Below are positions 19,001 to 27,419 of a stretch of DNA of 55,201 bases, one piece after another. This DNA is from an uncultured virus (IMG/VR IMGVR_UViG_3300021961_000033) (taxonomy: Duplodnaviria; Heunggongvirae; Uroviricota; Caudoviricetes). The stretch lies in IMG/VR virus record IMGVR_UViG_3300021961_000033, positions 62,001 through 117,201 of that record, one strand, 5' to 3'. Position 1 is the stretch's first letter. Every line of letters starts with the position of its first letter. Under the pieces are notes generated by a model that was not told the origin of the DNA, made no database searches, and was given only the letters and a program-made list of their open reading frames with translations. Position numbers and translations under genes: made by a program.

Positions 19001-21991
19001 AGCGTCTAGGCTTGCTAGTCCACTTGCATTAATGACACCAAGTGTTGAAGTACCAGTAACATCTAATGTACCACTTGTGCTAACATTACCTGTTGAGTCA
19101 GCAACAGTAAATGCGCCGTCTACATCAATACCACCGTCAAGTGAAGCAAGTCCACTTGCGTTGATAATACCAAGTGTTGAAGTACCATCAACAGTAATAC
19201 CGCCATTAGCACTAATGTTACCTGACATATCAATGTCAACACCAGTTGCGCCGTAACCACCGCCAACTTCAAAAGTTGTGCCGTCAAATGTTAGGTTTGC
19301 ATCGTCTTCTAGTTCACCGCTTGTGCCAGCAATAACAATACGATTGTTTGTTAGGTCACTTACGGCTGCGCTTGATAATGTAGTTGCACCTGCGCTTAAT
19401 GTACCAGTTGTAACAACGTTACCTGATGTATCTGCTACGGTGAACGCACCATCAACATCAATACCACCGTCAAGTGAAGCAAGTCCACTTGCGTTGATAA
19501 CACCAAGAGTTGAGGTACTAGTAACATTTAATGTACCAGTTGTAGCAATGTTACCTGATGTATTTGCTACGGTAAACGCACCATCTACATCAATACCGCC
19601 ATCAAGTGAGGCAAGACCGCCTACATCTAGTGTACCAGTTGTAGCAACATTACCTGATGTGTCAGCAACTGTAAATGCTCCATCAACATCAATACCAGCA
19701 TCTGCACTTAGTAGACCGCTTAGGTTTACAACACCTGCTGTAGTTGTGCCAGTTACGCTTAGTGTACTACTGAAAGCACCTGTACTTGCACTAATACCAG
19801 CATCTGTAAATGTGATATTACCAGTTGCACTTGCGGCTGCTGATGTAGTACCAAATGCGAAGACATCTGCTGATTCGTCCCAGATAAACAATGCATTGGC
19901 GGAATCACCACGTTCGATGATAAGACCTGAGTCATTAGCAGGAACGCCAGTTGTGCCGTTACCTAACTCGATCAAGTTGTCTTCAACTACTGAGTTAGTT
20001 GTTGATAGTGTAGTAGTTGTACCGTTAACAACCAAGTTGCCTGTAACTGTAAGTACACCACCGATTGTAACATCGTCTGGTAAACCAATAGTAACAATTG
20101 GACCACTACCGCCTACTGTAACCGCGGTTGTTGTTTCATTTGCTGTAGCAGAAAATGTAATTGTGTCACCAAGGATAAATGTATCACTTGCACTTCCGTC
20201 AGTAACAGTTGTATTTGTTCCTGATGTCTGTGAGTCAACATATGCTTTGGTTGCTGCATCTTGGTTTGAAACTGGATCAGCCATGTTAGTGATTTTGTTT
20301 GTACCAACGTCAATTGTTTGACTTGCTGCAACTGTAAAGCCGCCGTCAAAGTCTGCACTTTGACCAAATGTTGCTGTACCTGTAACAGTAATAGCGTCGC
20401 CACTTGCGTCGCCTAATGTAACTGCACCATTAAGTGTAGTTGCACCGCCAACGGTGAGTGTACCAGTTGTATTAACATTACCTGTTGTATCTGCTACTGT
20501 AAATGCGCCATCTACGTCAATACCACCATCTAGTGAAGCAAGACCTGAAGCATCTAGTGTAGCAACTGATGTATTACCAGCACTTAATGTACCACTTGTA
20601 ACAACATTACCTGTTGTATCTGCTACGGTAAATGCACCGTCTACATCAATACCACCATCAAGTGATGCAAGACCACTTGCGTTAACAACACCTAGTGTTG
20701 AAGTACCGTCAACAGTTAGTGTACCGTTTGTGCTGATGTTACCATCCATAGCGATATCAACACCAGTAGCACCGTAACCACCACCAACTTCAAATGTAGT
20801 ACCATCAAAAGTTAGGTTTGCACTGTCTTCTAGTTCACCGCTAGCACCTGCAAACACAATGCGATTATCTGTTAAGTCACTAATCGCTGCGCTTGATAAT
20901 GTAGTTGCACCTGCACTTAATGTACCAGTGGTAACAACATTACCTGATGTGTCTGCAACAGTAAATGCACCATCAACATCAATACCACCATCAAGTGAGG
21001 CAAGACCGCCTACATCTAGTGTACCAGTTGTAGCAACATTACCTGATGTGTCTGCTACTGTGAAAGCACCATCAACATCAATACCACCATCAAGTGAAGC
21101 AAGTCCACTTGCATTAATAACACCAAGTGTTGATGTGCCGTCTACGGTAAGTGTACCGTTTGTGCTTGTGTTACCTTCCATTGTAATGCTAAAGCCTGTT
21201 GAGCCATAGCCACCACCAACTTTAAAGGTTGTTCCGTCCATTGTAAGGTTTGCGTCGTCTTCAATAGCACCACTTGCACCAGCAATAACAATTCTGTTAT
21301 CTGTAAGGTCACTAATTTTTGCACTGCCTGCTGTTAGGTCTGTGCCGTCCCAGGTAAGGGTTGCTGCGCCAGAAATAACGCCGCTGCTTGAAAACATTAC
21401 TTGTGTGTCAGTAACGTTTGTTGTTAAATTACCACCTGAAACACTTAATGTTCCACTAATAGTAACATTGTCATCAAGTGTAATAGTACCACCAGCACTG
21501 TCGATGGTTAAGTTGCCGCTTGATGTGTCAATTTCGTTGTCTCCTGTAACGCCAACTTGGACATTACCAGCCGTTGCGCCTGTTGCTGTAAGTTCGCCAA
21601 TTTGAAGTGGGCTGTAGGAGCTAATAGTTACGTTTCCAGCTGTGTCACCGTCTTCTGATCCGACATCAGCAAGAACAAATTGATCTGCTGATTCATCCCA
21701 TAGTAAAGCAACGTTGGAAGAACTACCACGGTCAATTAAGATACCAGCATCTTCAGTTGGAGCACCGGATGTGCCCTGAGCCAAAGTAATGATAGCGTCA
21801 TCAACTCGTGTGTTTGTTGTACTAACTGCTGTGGTTGTACCACTAACTGTTAGGTTACCAGAAACAGTAAGGTTACTGCCATATGTAAGATCGTCGGCTA
21901 ATTTACCGCCGGCAATGGTAGAATTAGCAATCTTAGCATTAGTAACTGCAAGATCTGTAATCTGGTTGGTTTTAATACGTGTTATGGCCAT
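16046..21991 (-). CDS. Very large repeat-rich fibre/adhesin, ~1981 aa, C-terminal peptidase-G2/chaperone-like domain
   Basis: Start placed at MAITRIK (GGAGG SD); 11 copies of GIDVDGAFTVA; C-term YADLAEKY...GIVSTDPAYLMN...ALAGRVPCKV. Confidence 0.8.
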   Translation of the reverse strand: MAITRIKTNQITDLAVTNAKIANSTIAGGKLADDLTYGSNLTVSGNLTVSGTTTAVSTTNTRVDDAIITLAQGTSGAPTEDAGILIDRGSSSNVALLWDESADQFVLADVGSEDGDTAGNVTISSYSPLQIGELTATGATAGNVQVGVTGDNEIDTSSGNLTIDSAGGTITLDDNVTISGTLSVSGGNLTTNVTDTQVMFSSSGVISGAATLTWDGTDLTAGSAKISDLTDNRIVIAGASGAIEDDANLTMDGTTFKVGGGYGSTGFSITMEGNTSTNGTLTVDGTSTLGVINASGLASLDGGIDVDGAFTVADTSGNVATTGTLDVGGLASLDGGIDVDGAFTVADTSGNVVTTGTLSAGATTLSSAAISDLTDNRIVFAGASGELEDSANLTFDGTTFEVGGGYGATGVDIAMDGNISTNGTLTVDGTSTLGVVNASGLASLDGGIDVDGAFTVADTTGNVVTSGTLSAGNTSVATLDASGLASLDGGIDVDGAFTVADTTGNVNTTGTLTVGGATTLNGAVTLGDASGDAITVTGTATFGQSADFDGGFTVAASQTIDVGTNKITNMADPVSNQDAATKAYVDSQTSGTNTTVTDGSASDTFILGDTITFSATANETTTAVTVGGSGPIVTIGLPDDVTIGGVLTVTGNLVVNGTTTTLSTTNSVVEDNLIELGNGTTGVPANDSGLIIERGDSANALFIWDESADVFAFGTTSAAASATGNITFTDAGISASTGAFSSTLSVTGTTTAGVVNLSGLLSADAGIDVDGAFTVADTSGNVATTGTLDVGGLASLDGGIDVDGAFTVANTSGNIATTGTLNVTSTSTLGVINASGLASLDGGIDVDGAFTVADTSGNVVTTGTLSAGATTLSSAAVSDLTNNRIVIAGTSGELEDDANLTFDGTTFEVGGGYGATGVDIDMSGNISANGGITVDGTSTLGIINASGLASLDGGIDVDGAFTVADSTGNVSTSGTLDVTGTSTLGVINASGLASLDAGIDVDGAFTVADTTGNVVTTGTLTAGNTSVGTLDASGLASLDGGIDVDGAFTVANTSGNVSTSGTLAAGNTTITGTLDVTGLASLDGGIDVDGAFTVADTSGNVATTGTLSAGATTLSSAAVSDLTSGRVVLAGTSGELEDSGNLTFNGSTLAVTGAITASSNVDIADAGSLRVGTGNDFTINHNGTDTTIANGTGILAINGTATSSIRVNEAGANVDFVVEGDSNTALLTVDASGDNVGIGGAPNANAVFHVNDTGAMITATGTTGQRPATGVTGMFRFNTTLNTVEYYGNSAWASVSSDFTVATSQTFNGDNSTVAFTLNALTGADSYSSAGVLVMLNGVVQEPTTVYGVTGTTLTFTTAPSSGDLIEVRKFTTTTTVNALADADGDTQVQVEESSDEDIIRFDVAGSEIMRLTGSALLPNVDSDGTTGYDLGGSSNKWRSLYVSSGTIHLGSLQLKDSGSNTLEIFQSDGSTPAGTVVSDFVTGNQGDVRFMDADGSNFVAFQAPATVASNVTWTLPNADTGVAGYSLQSDGAGNLSWGPAGATTTSDTTTNAEEQLYFGDITSGAVTAVHHDAGLTYNPSTGTLTSDTFNGNVTGNVTGNVTSTGTSTFTTIDVNGGAIDGAIIGANSAAAGTFTTVTTSGNGSIGGNLTVTGNLTINGTTVTNNADNLVVNDALIELNNGATSNASDLGIVMERGSTGDNAFMGWDESTDKFIVGTTTATGASSGDLTISAGTLVAATFEGALSGNATTASAWATGRTITLTGDVTGTSGAFDGSGNLSFATTIAANSVALGTDTTGNYVATGAVSGNGLSGSASSEGATFTVTSNATNANTASTIVFRDGSGNFSAGVISATSTAARYADLAEKYAADEDIEAGTVVMFVGEGKVAACDADASRAVAGIVSTDPAYLMNTAQDGVALALAGRVPCKVTGPVAAGDLMVSAGNGMARAEANPAIGTVIGKAIEANEGGEGVIEVLALMM
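18660..21120 (-). repeat. 11 intragenic copies of GLASLDGGIDVDGAFTVADTSGNV.T.GTL
   Basis: Counted in the translation; two clusters (4 and 7); DNA copies differ mostly at synonymous positions; boundaries approximate. Confidence 0.85.
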
Positions 21992-22154
21992 ATTAAATTT
22001 TCCCTCCACGGATAAGATATGATTTACATATTCTAACCTTATTTATTTTATTTTAAGGGTTTTTTGCATAGCCAGCAGGAAACGATGCCGAAAACATCGT
22101 AACGATAGGCATGTAGAAGGGGGGATGGTGTTAGAAACGAGCGTCTAACTAATA

Positions 22155-23840
22155 TTATTTAGTCTCTATAAAAGTTTCGCCAGTAAGTTCTTCTAGTTTA
22201 CGAATCATACGTTCCATGTTGATACGAATTGTTTTACCAGTTCGTTTGTTAACACTGTAATATTCCCATTCGCCAGCATCATTATGCGGAGAAATTTTAG
22301 TTATGTTTCCAGCACCGTCCATTACATGCACTTCTGCACCAGAATCATCTTTAACATAAACATAACCGCTGCTTGAGTCTACAGGTGGATCTCCACCCTG
22401 TTGAGTAAGCCTTATACTACTATCTACTACTACATTCCCTACGCCACCAGGAACTAGCATAAGGTCAGCATTTGTCGTGTTTGTGGTTATGTTGTTGTCG
22501 TTTATAGTAATACTGTCTACTATAAGTTGACTTGCCGTGACTCCACTAGTAAAGTTTACTGCTGTACTAGTACTACTACCTCTACTAGTAACTGTTGCAA
22601 GAGTATCAGTACTACTAATAGTAAGAGTATCATTTGTTGTTACTGTACTAACACCACTGCCACCAAGTATTGCTAGATATTCGCCACCAGTAATAGTAGT
22701 AGCAGTGCTTGTATCATCTACAAGAATCCAATTAACAGCACTATCTACATACGCTTTGGTTGCAGCGTCTTGTGCTAAGGTTGGATCTGATAAATTAGTA
22801 AGTTTGTTTGCGCCAGCATCGAAAGTTGTAGATGCATCTAGTGTAACACTTGTTCCTACAGTCATAGCAGTGTTAATATCTATAGTAGCAAAAGTACTTG
22901 TACCACTGCTTGATATGTTTCCAGTAACATTTCCAGTTAGATCGCCTGTTAAGTTAAAAGCAGCATTACTAACAGTAGCGCCAGATAAATCAACAGTTCC
23001 GCTAAATGAACTTGCTCCACTTGATGTAATATTACCAGTTACATCACCTGTTACATTGCCAGTTAAATTTCCTGTAAATCCATCTGCATAAACATTTTGC
23101 CATGTTTTGCCAATAGCACCTATGTCATATGTACTACCTGCATTGGGAATAATATCACTAGTAAGATCAGCAGTGATTGTTATACTATCAGTGTTAGCAT
23201 CGCCTATTGTAATATTACCCCCAATAGTAACATTACCAGTAACATCAATGTTACCACTAAAATTACCATCTTGAGCGTATATGTCTCTCCAGCGTAAACT
23301 GCTACTACCTATGTCATTTGTTTCTGTAATACTTGGTACTAAACTGCTATCGAATCTACCAGTAACAGTAACAGTATCAGTTGAGGTATCGCCTATGTCT
23401 ACATTACCTTGTAGATCAGTATTACCTTGTACGGTTAAATTTCCTGTATATGTTCCACTTCCTGCACTTACACTAGTAATAACCAATGTTCCAAGGGTGG
23501 TTACTCCTGTTACTGTCAATGTGCCAGTCAATGCTGTATTACCAGTAACTGCTAGGTCTGTTTGTATAGTAGCATCGCCAGTTACTGTAATATCGCCAAC
23601 AAATAAACTGTTACCTTCTACTCTTACTTGTCCTGTTCCATTTGGATTAAGAATTAGGTTGCTATTCGTTGTGTCAGTTGTAATTGTACTACCACTAAAG
23701 CGTAAATTACTTAAACTGTCTCCACCTACTTCATTGTAAAGTTCAGTAAAGTTGCTATTTATTTTTTGAAAGGCAACTCTGAGTAGATCGCCTGTACCAT
23801 CGTCTTGGTTTGTGCCAATATTGACAGTTTGTTTAGCCAT
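22155..23840 (-). CDS. Baseplate/fibre protein with T4 gp9/gp10-like N-terminus
   Basis: MAKQTVNIG...DDGTGDLLR.AF.KIN.NF.ELY; GNVTGNI beta-repeats; QDAATKAYVD. Confidence 0.7.
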   Translation of the reverse strand: MAKQTVNIGTNQDDGTGDLLRVAFQKINSNFTELYNEVGGDSLSNLRFSGSTITTDTTNSNLILNPNGTGQVRVEGNSLFVGDITVTGDATIQTDLAVTGNTALTGTLTVTGVTTLGTLVITSVSAGSGTYTGNLTVQGNTDLQGNVDIGDTSTDTVTVTGRFDSSLVPSITETNDIGSSSLRWRDIYAQDGNFSGNIDVTGNVTIGGNITIGDANTDSITITADLTSDIIPNAGSTYDIGAIGKTWQNVYADGFTGNLTGNVTGDVTGNITSSGASSFSGTVDLSGATVSNAAFNLTGDLTGNVTGNISSSGTSTFATIDINTAMTVGTSVTLDASTTFDAGANKLTNLSDPTLAQDAATKAYVDSAVNWILVDDTSTATTITGGEYLAILGGSGVSTVTTNDTLTISSTDTLATVTSRGSSTSTAVNFTSGVTASQLIVDSITINDNNITTNTTNADLMLVPGGVGNVVVDSSIRLTQQGGDPPVDSSSGYVYVKDDSGAEVHVMDGAGNITKISPHNDAGEWEYYSVNKRTGKTIRINMERMIRKLEELTGETFIETK

Positions 23841-23851
23841 CAATCAACTCC

Positions 23852-24436
23852 TTAACTTACTAGATAAAATGGAATAACATATGCTGTACCATTGATTTTA
23901 AACTGTGCATATCCTTCTGGAGTTGCTGGTAGTGCGTTTGCAATGCCTGCTGCGCCAACTGTAGTTTGTGTTGCAATATTAAAGTTTACAAGCCCAGTTC
24001 CTGCAGGATCTATATCAATATCATCATTTGTAGTTTGTGTGCTTATAACATTATTTTCAAATTTTAATCTTGAATTAACACTAATGGATCCAGTTGTGCT
24101 TAGAGTTGATCCATTAAAAGTAAGAGCGGAACTTAACTGTACATCACCGTCTGAATCTACATATAGAACAGCATTATCAGTATGTGTAGTAAATCTTAGT
24201 TCTGCTGATGTTGCTAAAACTACACGGCCTGTCCCATTAGGGTCAAGAATGATATTTCCATTGCTATTTTCACTAATAACACTGTTACCACTTATAGCAA
24301 TATTTTGACCTGTGCCCGCACCAGTAACTGCATATAACTCATTAAAATTGTCGTTGATTTTATCAAAAGCAGTGCGTAATGCATCGCCTGTGCCATCGTT
24401 GGCTGCCGCACCAATGTTTACCGTTTGTTTGGCCAT
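23852..24436 (-). CDS. Short baseplate/fibre connector with gp9/gp10-like N-terminus
   Basis: MAKQTVNIGAAANDGTGDALRTAFDKINDNFNELY, paralogous to the N-terminus of the adjacent gene. Confidence 0.7.
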   Translation of the reverse strand: MAKQTVNIGAAANDGTGDALRTAFDKINDNFNELYAVTGAGTGQNIAISGNSVISENSNGNIILDPNGTGRVVLATSAELRFTTHTDNAVLYVDSDGDVQLSSALTFNGSTLSTTGSISVNSRLKFENNVISTQTTNDDIDIDPAGTGLVNFNIATQTTVGAAGIANALPATPEGYAQFKINGTAYVIPFYLVS

Positions 24437-24507
24437 AATTATAGATCTCCTTGGAACATTTATTATATTTATTTACATTTCAAGCTAGCAGTGTGCTAAA
24501 TATTATT

Positions 24508-24801
24508 ATGTTAATTGGAGCGGAAAAACAGTCAAGACATTATACTAGGACCAGAAACGGCAAAAAAGAAAAAGTTAAGAGCACTATAACAAATTATATT
24601 TTACAATGTAACTGTTGCAACGATATTTTCTACAGAACCAGTAAAGAATTTAAATCCGGTTCTGATTTACATTTCTGCAAAAAGTGTTATACTAAGAAAG
24701 TGGCACAATCAAGAAGCTCTCTTGCAAGGAAAGTAAACAATTATGTTGAAAAAATTGATGCCAGCAGCGGTAAGCCTCTCGGTACTTTTACCATCAGGTA
24801 A
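24508..24801 (+). CDS. Small basic Zn-ribbon protein
   Basis: CNCC...FCKKC; start moved to ATG 24508, 5 nt after a CTAAATA late-type motif. Confidence 0.55.
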   Translation: MLIGAEKQSRHYTRTRNGKKEKVKSTITNYILQCNCCNDIFYRTSKEFKSGSDLHFCKKCYTKKVAQSRSSLARKVNNYVEKIDASSGKPLGTFTIR

Positions 24802-25807
24802 TGTCTATGCACATAGTTTTGCAGATGCTATAGAACAAGCAGAAAAAAGTGTTTGTCTTGTAGAATTCCAATCTAAAGGCCCATCAAAAGAAATCGAGGG
24901 TCCTAAAGAATACAAGCAGCCTGAAAATCAAGAAGATCCTTTTAAAGATTTTTTTAATAAAAATCAGGATAGTTCAAATAGCCTAGGTAGCTGTTTTGTT
25001 GTTTCAGTAAACAATAAAAAATACATCGTTACTAATGAACATGTAGTAGACAGTAAAGAAAAAAACAGCCGACCATATATATTTTTCCATAACGATTTAA
25101 AAAAATACCCTGCAAAAGTTTTAGGTGCTGACGAAGTAAGTGATTTAGCAGTGTTGGAGATGTCTAACTCCGACGGCAAAGAAAAATTAAATAAAATTGA
25201 TCCACTAACTTTAGGTAATAGCGACAAGGTAAGAAAAGGCGACCAAGTATTTGCTATAGGTCATCCTGTTGGACAAAAATGGACAGTAACACAGGGCATT
25301 GTAAGTGCAACAAAAAAGAGATCCACCAATACCTGGCAAGAAGTTATTCAGTCAGATGTTAGTATCAATCAGGGCAACAGTGGCGGACCGCTTTTTAATG
25401 AAAATGGCGAAGTAGTAGGCGTAAACAGTTTTATTATAAGTCCACAGGGCGGAAACATTGGTATAAATTTTAGTGTTACCAGCAACAATGTTAATTATAT
25501 AATTAATACTTTAATCACGGATGGCAAAGTTGAGCGAGGAAGACTGGGTATTGCATTTGTTGTAGATAATGATTTAGGCAAAATAATTATCGAGGAAATA
25601 CTAAAAGACGGACCAGTAGACAAAACAGGCAAACTCAAAAAGAATGACATACTATTAAAAATAAATGGTCGTGATATAAATTTCCCTGCAGATATTGGGC
25701 TTGCAATGGATACTGTTAAACCCAATCAAAAGGTGGAACTTGAAGTTTTGCGTGGTAAGAAAACTATAAAATTAGTTGTAAAAACTGGTTTATTTGTGTT
25801 TGACTAA
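24743..25807 (+). CDS. HtrA/DegP-family trypsin-like serine protease with one PDZ domain
   Basis: Triad motifs TNEHVV, SDLAVL, NQGNSGGPL; AIGHP.G...VTQGIVS; C-terminal PDZ (RGRLGI...DILLKING); signal-peptide-like N-terminus. Confidence 0.92.
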   Translation: MLKKLMPAAVSLSVLLPSGNVYAHSFADAIEQAEKSVCLVEFQSKGPSKEIEGPKEYKQPENQEDPFKDFFNKNQDSSNSLGSCFVVSVNNKKYIVTNEHVVDSKEKNSRPYIFFHNDLKKYPAKVLGADEVSDLAVLEMSNSDGKEKLNKIDPLTLGNSDKVRKGDQVFAIGHPVGQKWTVTQGIVSATKKRSTNTWQEVIQSDVSINQGNSGGPLFNENGEVVGVNSFIISPQGGNIGINFSVTSNNVNYIINTLITDGKVERGRLGIAFVVDNDLGKIIIEEILKDGPVDKTGKLKKNDILLKINGRDINFPADIGLAMDTVKPNQKVELEVLRGKKTIKLVVKTGLFVFD

Positions 25808-25817
25808 GTTAGTTATG

Positions 25818-27419
25818 CTATTCTGCTTGTTTTACTAGCAATGCTTCAAAGAAACTAACAGTAGCACTTTGTCCTCGAGTGGTTGAACTCTGTGTATAAG
25901 CTGAAAATGTTACATAGTCTGTAGAACCATTCATATAAATGTGTGCTGTAATTTGAGGTCTAATAGCACCAATACTACCTGTGCTACTATGTGCAGAACC
26001 GTTGAGATTAATAGAAATACCACCTTCTTGTGTTGCGCCGCTGTATGCATCAACACTGGCACGGAAGTACCACAAGCCTGCTATAGTAGGAGTAAATCTA
26101 TCTGTTGTACTGCTCCACATTGCATCTGTGCTTCCGTAATCTACTGCCGCATCTTCATAATCAATAGTAACATTACCATAACTACCTGGATACACGATAT
26201 TTGTATTAGTAGTGCGTCTTACAAAGTAAAATGTATCACTTTTAATTGCACCTTCTACAACAAGATCATTTTTTACTGTAGTAGTGCTTGCAGCTATACT
26301 TGCTTTCTCTGTACCAGCTATGTCAAAGCGTATAGTATCTTCGTCTGCACTTTCTTCAACTTGTATTTTGGTATCGTTATCTGCGTCAGCAATAGAAGCA
26401 GAACTTAAATTTACAGATTGGCCACTAAAAAAGTTACGCACTTGTATCTTATCGCCACTTGCAGGTGCTTCATTAAATGTTAATGTAGTTCCACTAATAG
26501 AATAGGTATTTGTTACTTCTTGAACGGTACCATTTATGCTTACAAGGGCAGAACCGGCTGTGGCTGTTTGACTTAAGGTAAATGCCGTAGTACTGTTGTC
26601 GCCATCAAATTCATCAAAAGTAACTGTGTTTACTGCGCCTACACCTACCCAACTAGTTCCATTATAAACTTCAACTTGGCTATCAGTGCTGTTAAAGCGT
26701 ATCATACCAGTCTGTGCTGTTGGACGTTCACCTGTTGTTCCTACTGGAATAATAAGTCCAGTGGTACTATCAATAGCAACATAGCCGGTACCAGCAGGTT
26801 CAAGAATTATTTCTTCGTTAGTAACAGTAGTTTTTATTCTGTTGTCTGTAAATGTGAAGGCACCAAGTTCACTAGCGTCAGCACCAACACCAAACGTGCC
26901 GGTGTATCTTGCAGCCGCAATATAGACACTCTTGCCTGTAAAACTTACACCATTTGGTAGATTTGTTCCAATAAAGTGTAGTACACCTGACTGATAATCA
27001 AAATACCATTCGTCGTCATTGCCACTACCAGTTGCAAATACTTGGGTACCACCGCTTGCTGCGGTACCAGCGGATCCGCTGGTATGAATATAAACTTTAG
27101 CCTGATATGTTGAAGCAATTTCTGGTGGAATCCAGTCTGTTTGTCCTGTTTTCCAAGTTCTATTTGCTGTTGCCGTACCGTCAAGAGTACACTCAATAGG
27201 ACTACTTGTAGGGTAAACTGTTACAACACCAGTACTTGATCCCGGTTGAATAGCAGGAATACTGCTTGCCTGTTTCCAAACTTTATCGCCACGTAGTAAC
27301 AGTGGACTTGCAATAGCTTCGTTAGGAGCTTTTTTAGCAGCATTAGTATCTGTTTTAGTTGCACCAAAGCCTAGTTTTTTCCATAAGAAGTCAACTTTTT
27401 GGGTGTCTGTAATAGCCAT
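25818..27419 (-). CDS. Virion structural/fibre protein with C-terminal C1q-like domain
   Basis: Shared GTTGERP..G.IRFN and FDGDNSTTAFTL modules; C-term RFTPTIAGLWYF...YMNGSTDYV. Confidence 0.65.
   Translation of the reverse strand: MAITDTQKVDFLWKKLGFGATKTDTNAAKKAPNEAIASPLLLRGDKVWKQASSIPAIQPGSSTGVVTVYPTSSPIECTLDGTATANRTWKTGQTDWIPPEIASTYQAKVYIHTSGSAGTAASGGTQVFATGSGNDDEWYFDYQSGVLHFIGTNLPNGVSFTGKSVYIAAARYTGTFGVGADASELGAFTFTDNRIKTTVTNEEIILEPAGTGYVAIDSTTGLIIPVGTTGERPTAQTGMIRFNSTDSQVEVYNGTSWVGVGAVNTVTFDEFDGDNSTTAFTLSQTATAGSALVSINGTVQEVTNTYSISGTTLTFNEAPASGDKIQVRNFFSGQSVNLSSASIADADNDTKIQVEESADEDTIRFDIAGTEKASIAASTTTVKNDLVVEGAIKSDTFYFVRRTTNTNIVYPGSYGNVTIDYEDAAVDYGSTDAMWSSTTDRFTPTIAGLWYFRASVDAYSGATQEGGISINLNGSAHSSTGSIGAIRPQITAHIYMNGSTDYVTFSAYTQSSTTRGQSATVSFFEALLVKQAE

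Noticed and set aside
18660..21120. CRISPR-like or guide-RNA array
   Set aside because: Repeats are in-frame coding units with synonymous variation and no unique fixed-length spacers
11956..24308. Long plus-strand ORFs antisense to the fibre genes (for example 18144-19256, 19278-20321)
   Set aside because: Shadow ORFs caused by Thr/Gly/Ser/Ala codon bias on the coding strand; no SDs; low-complexity Val/Pro/Leu translations
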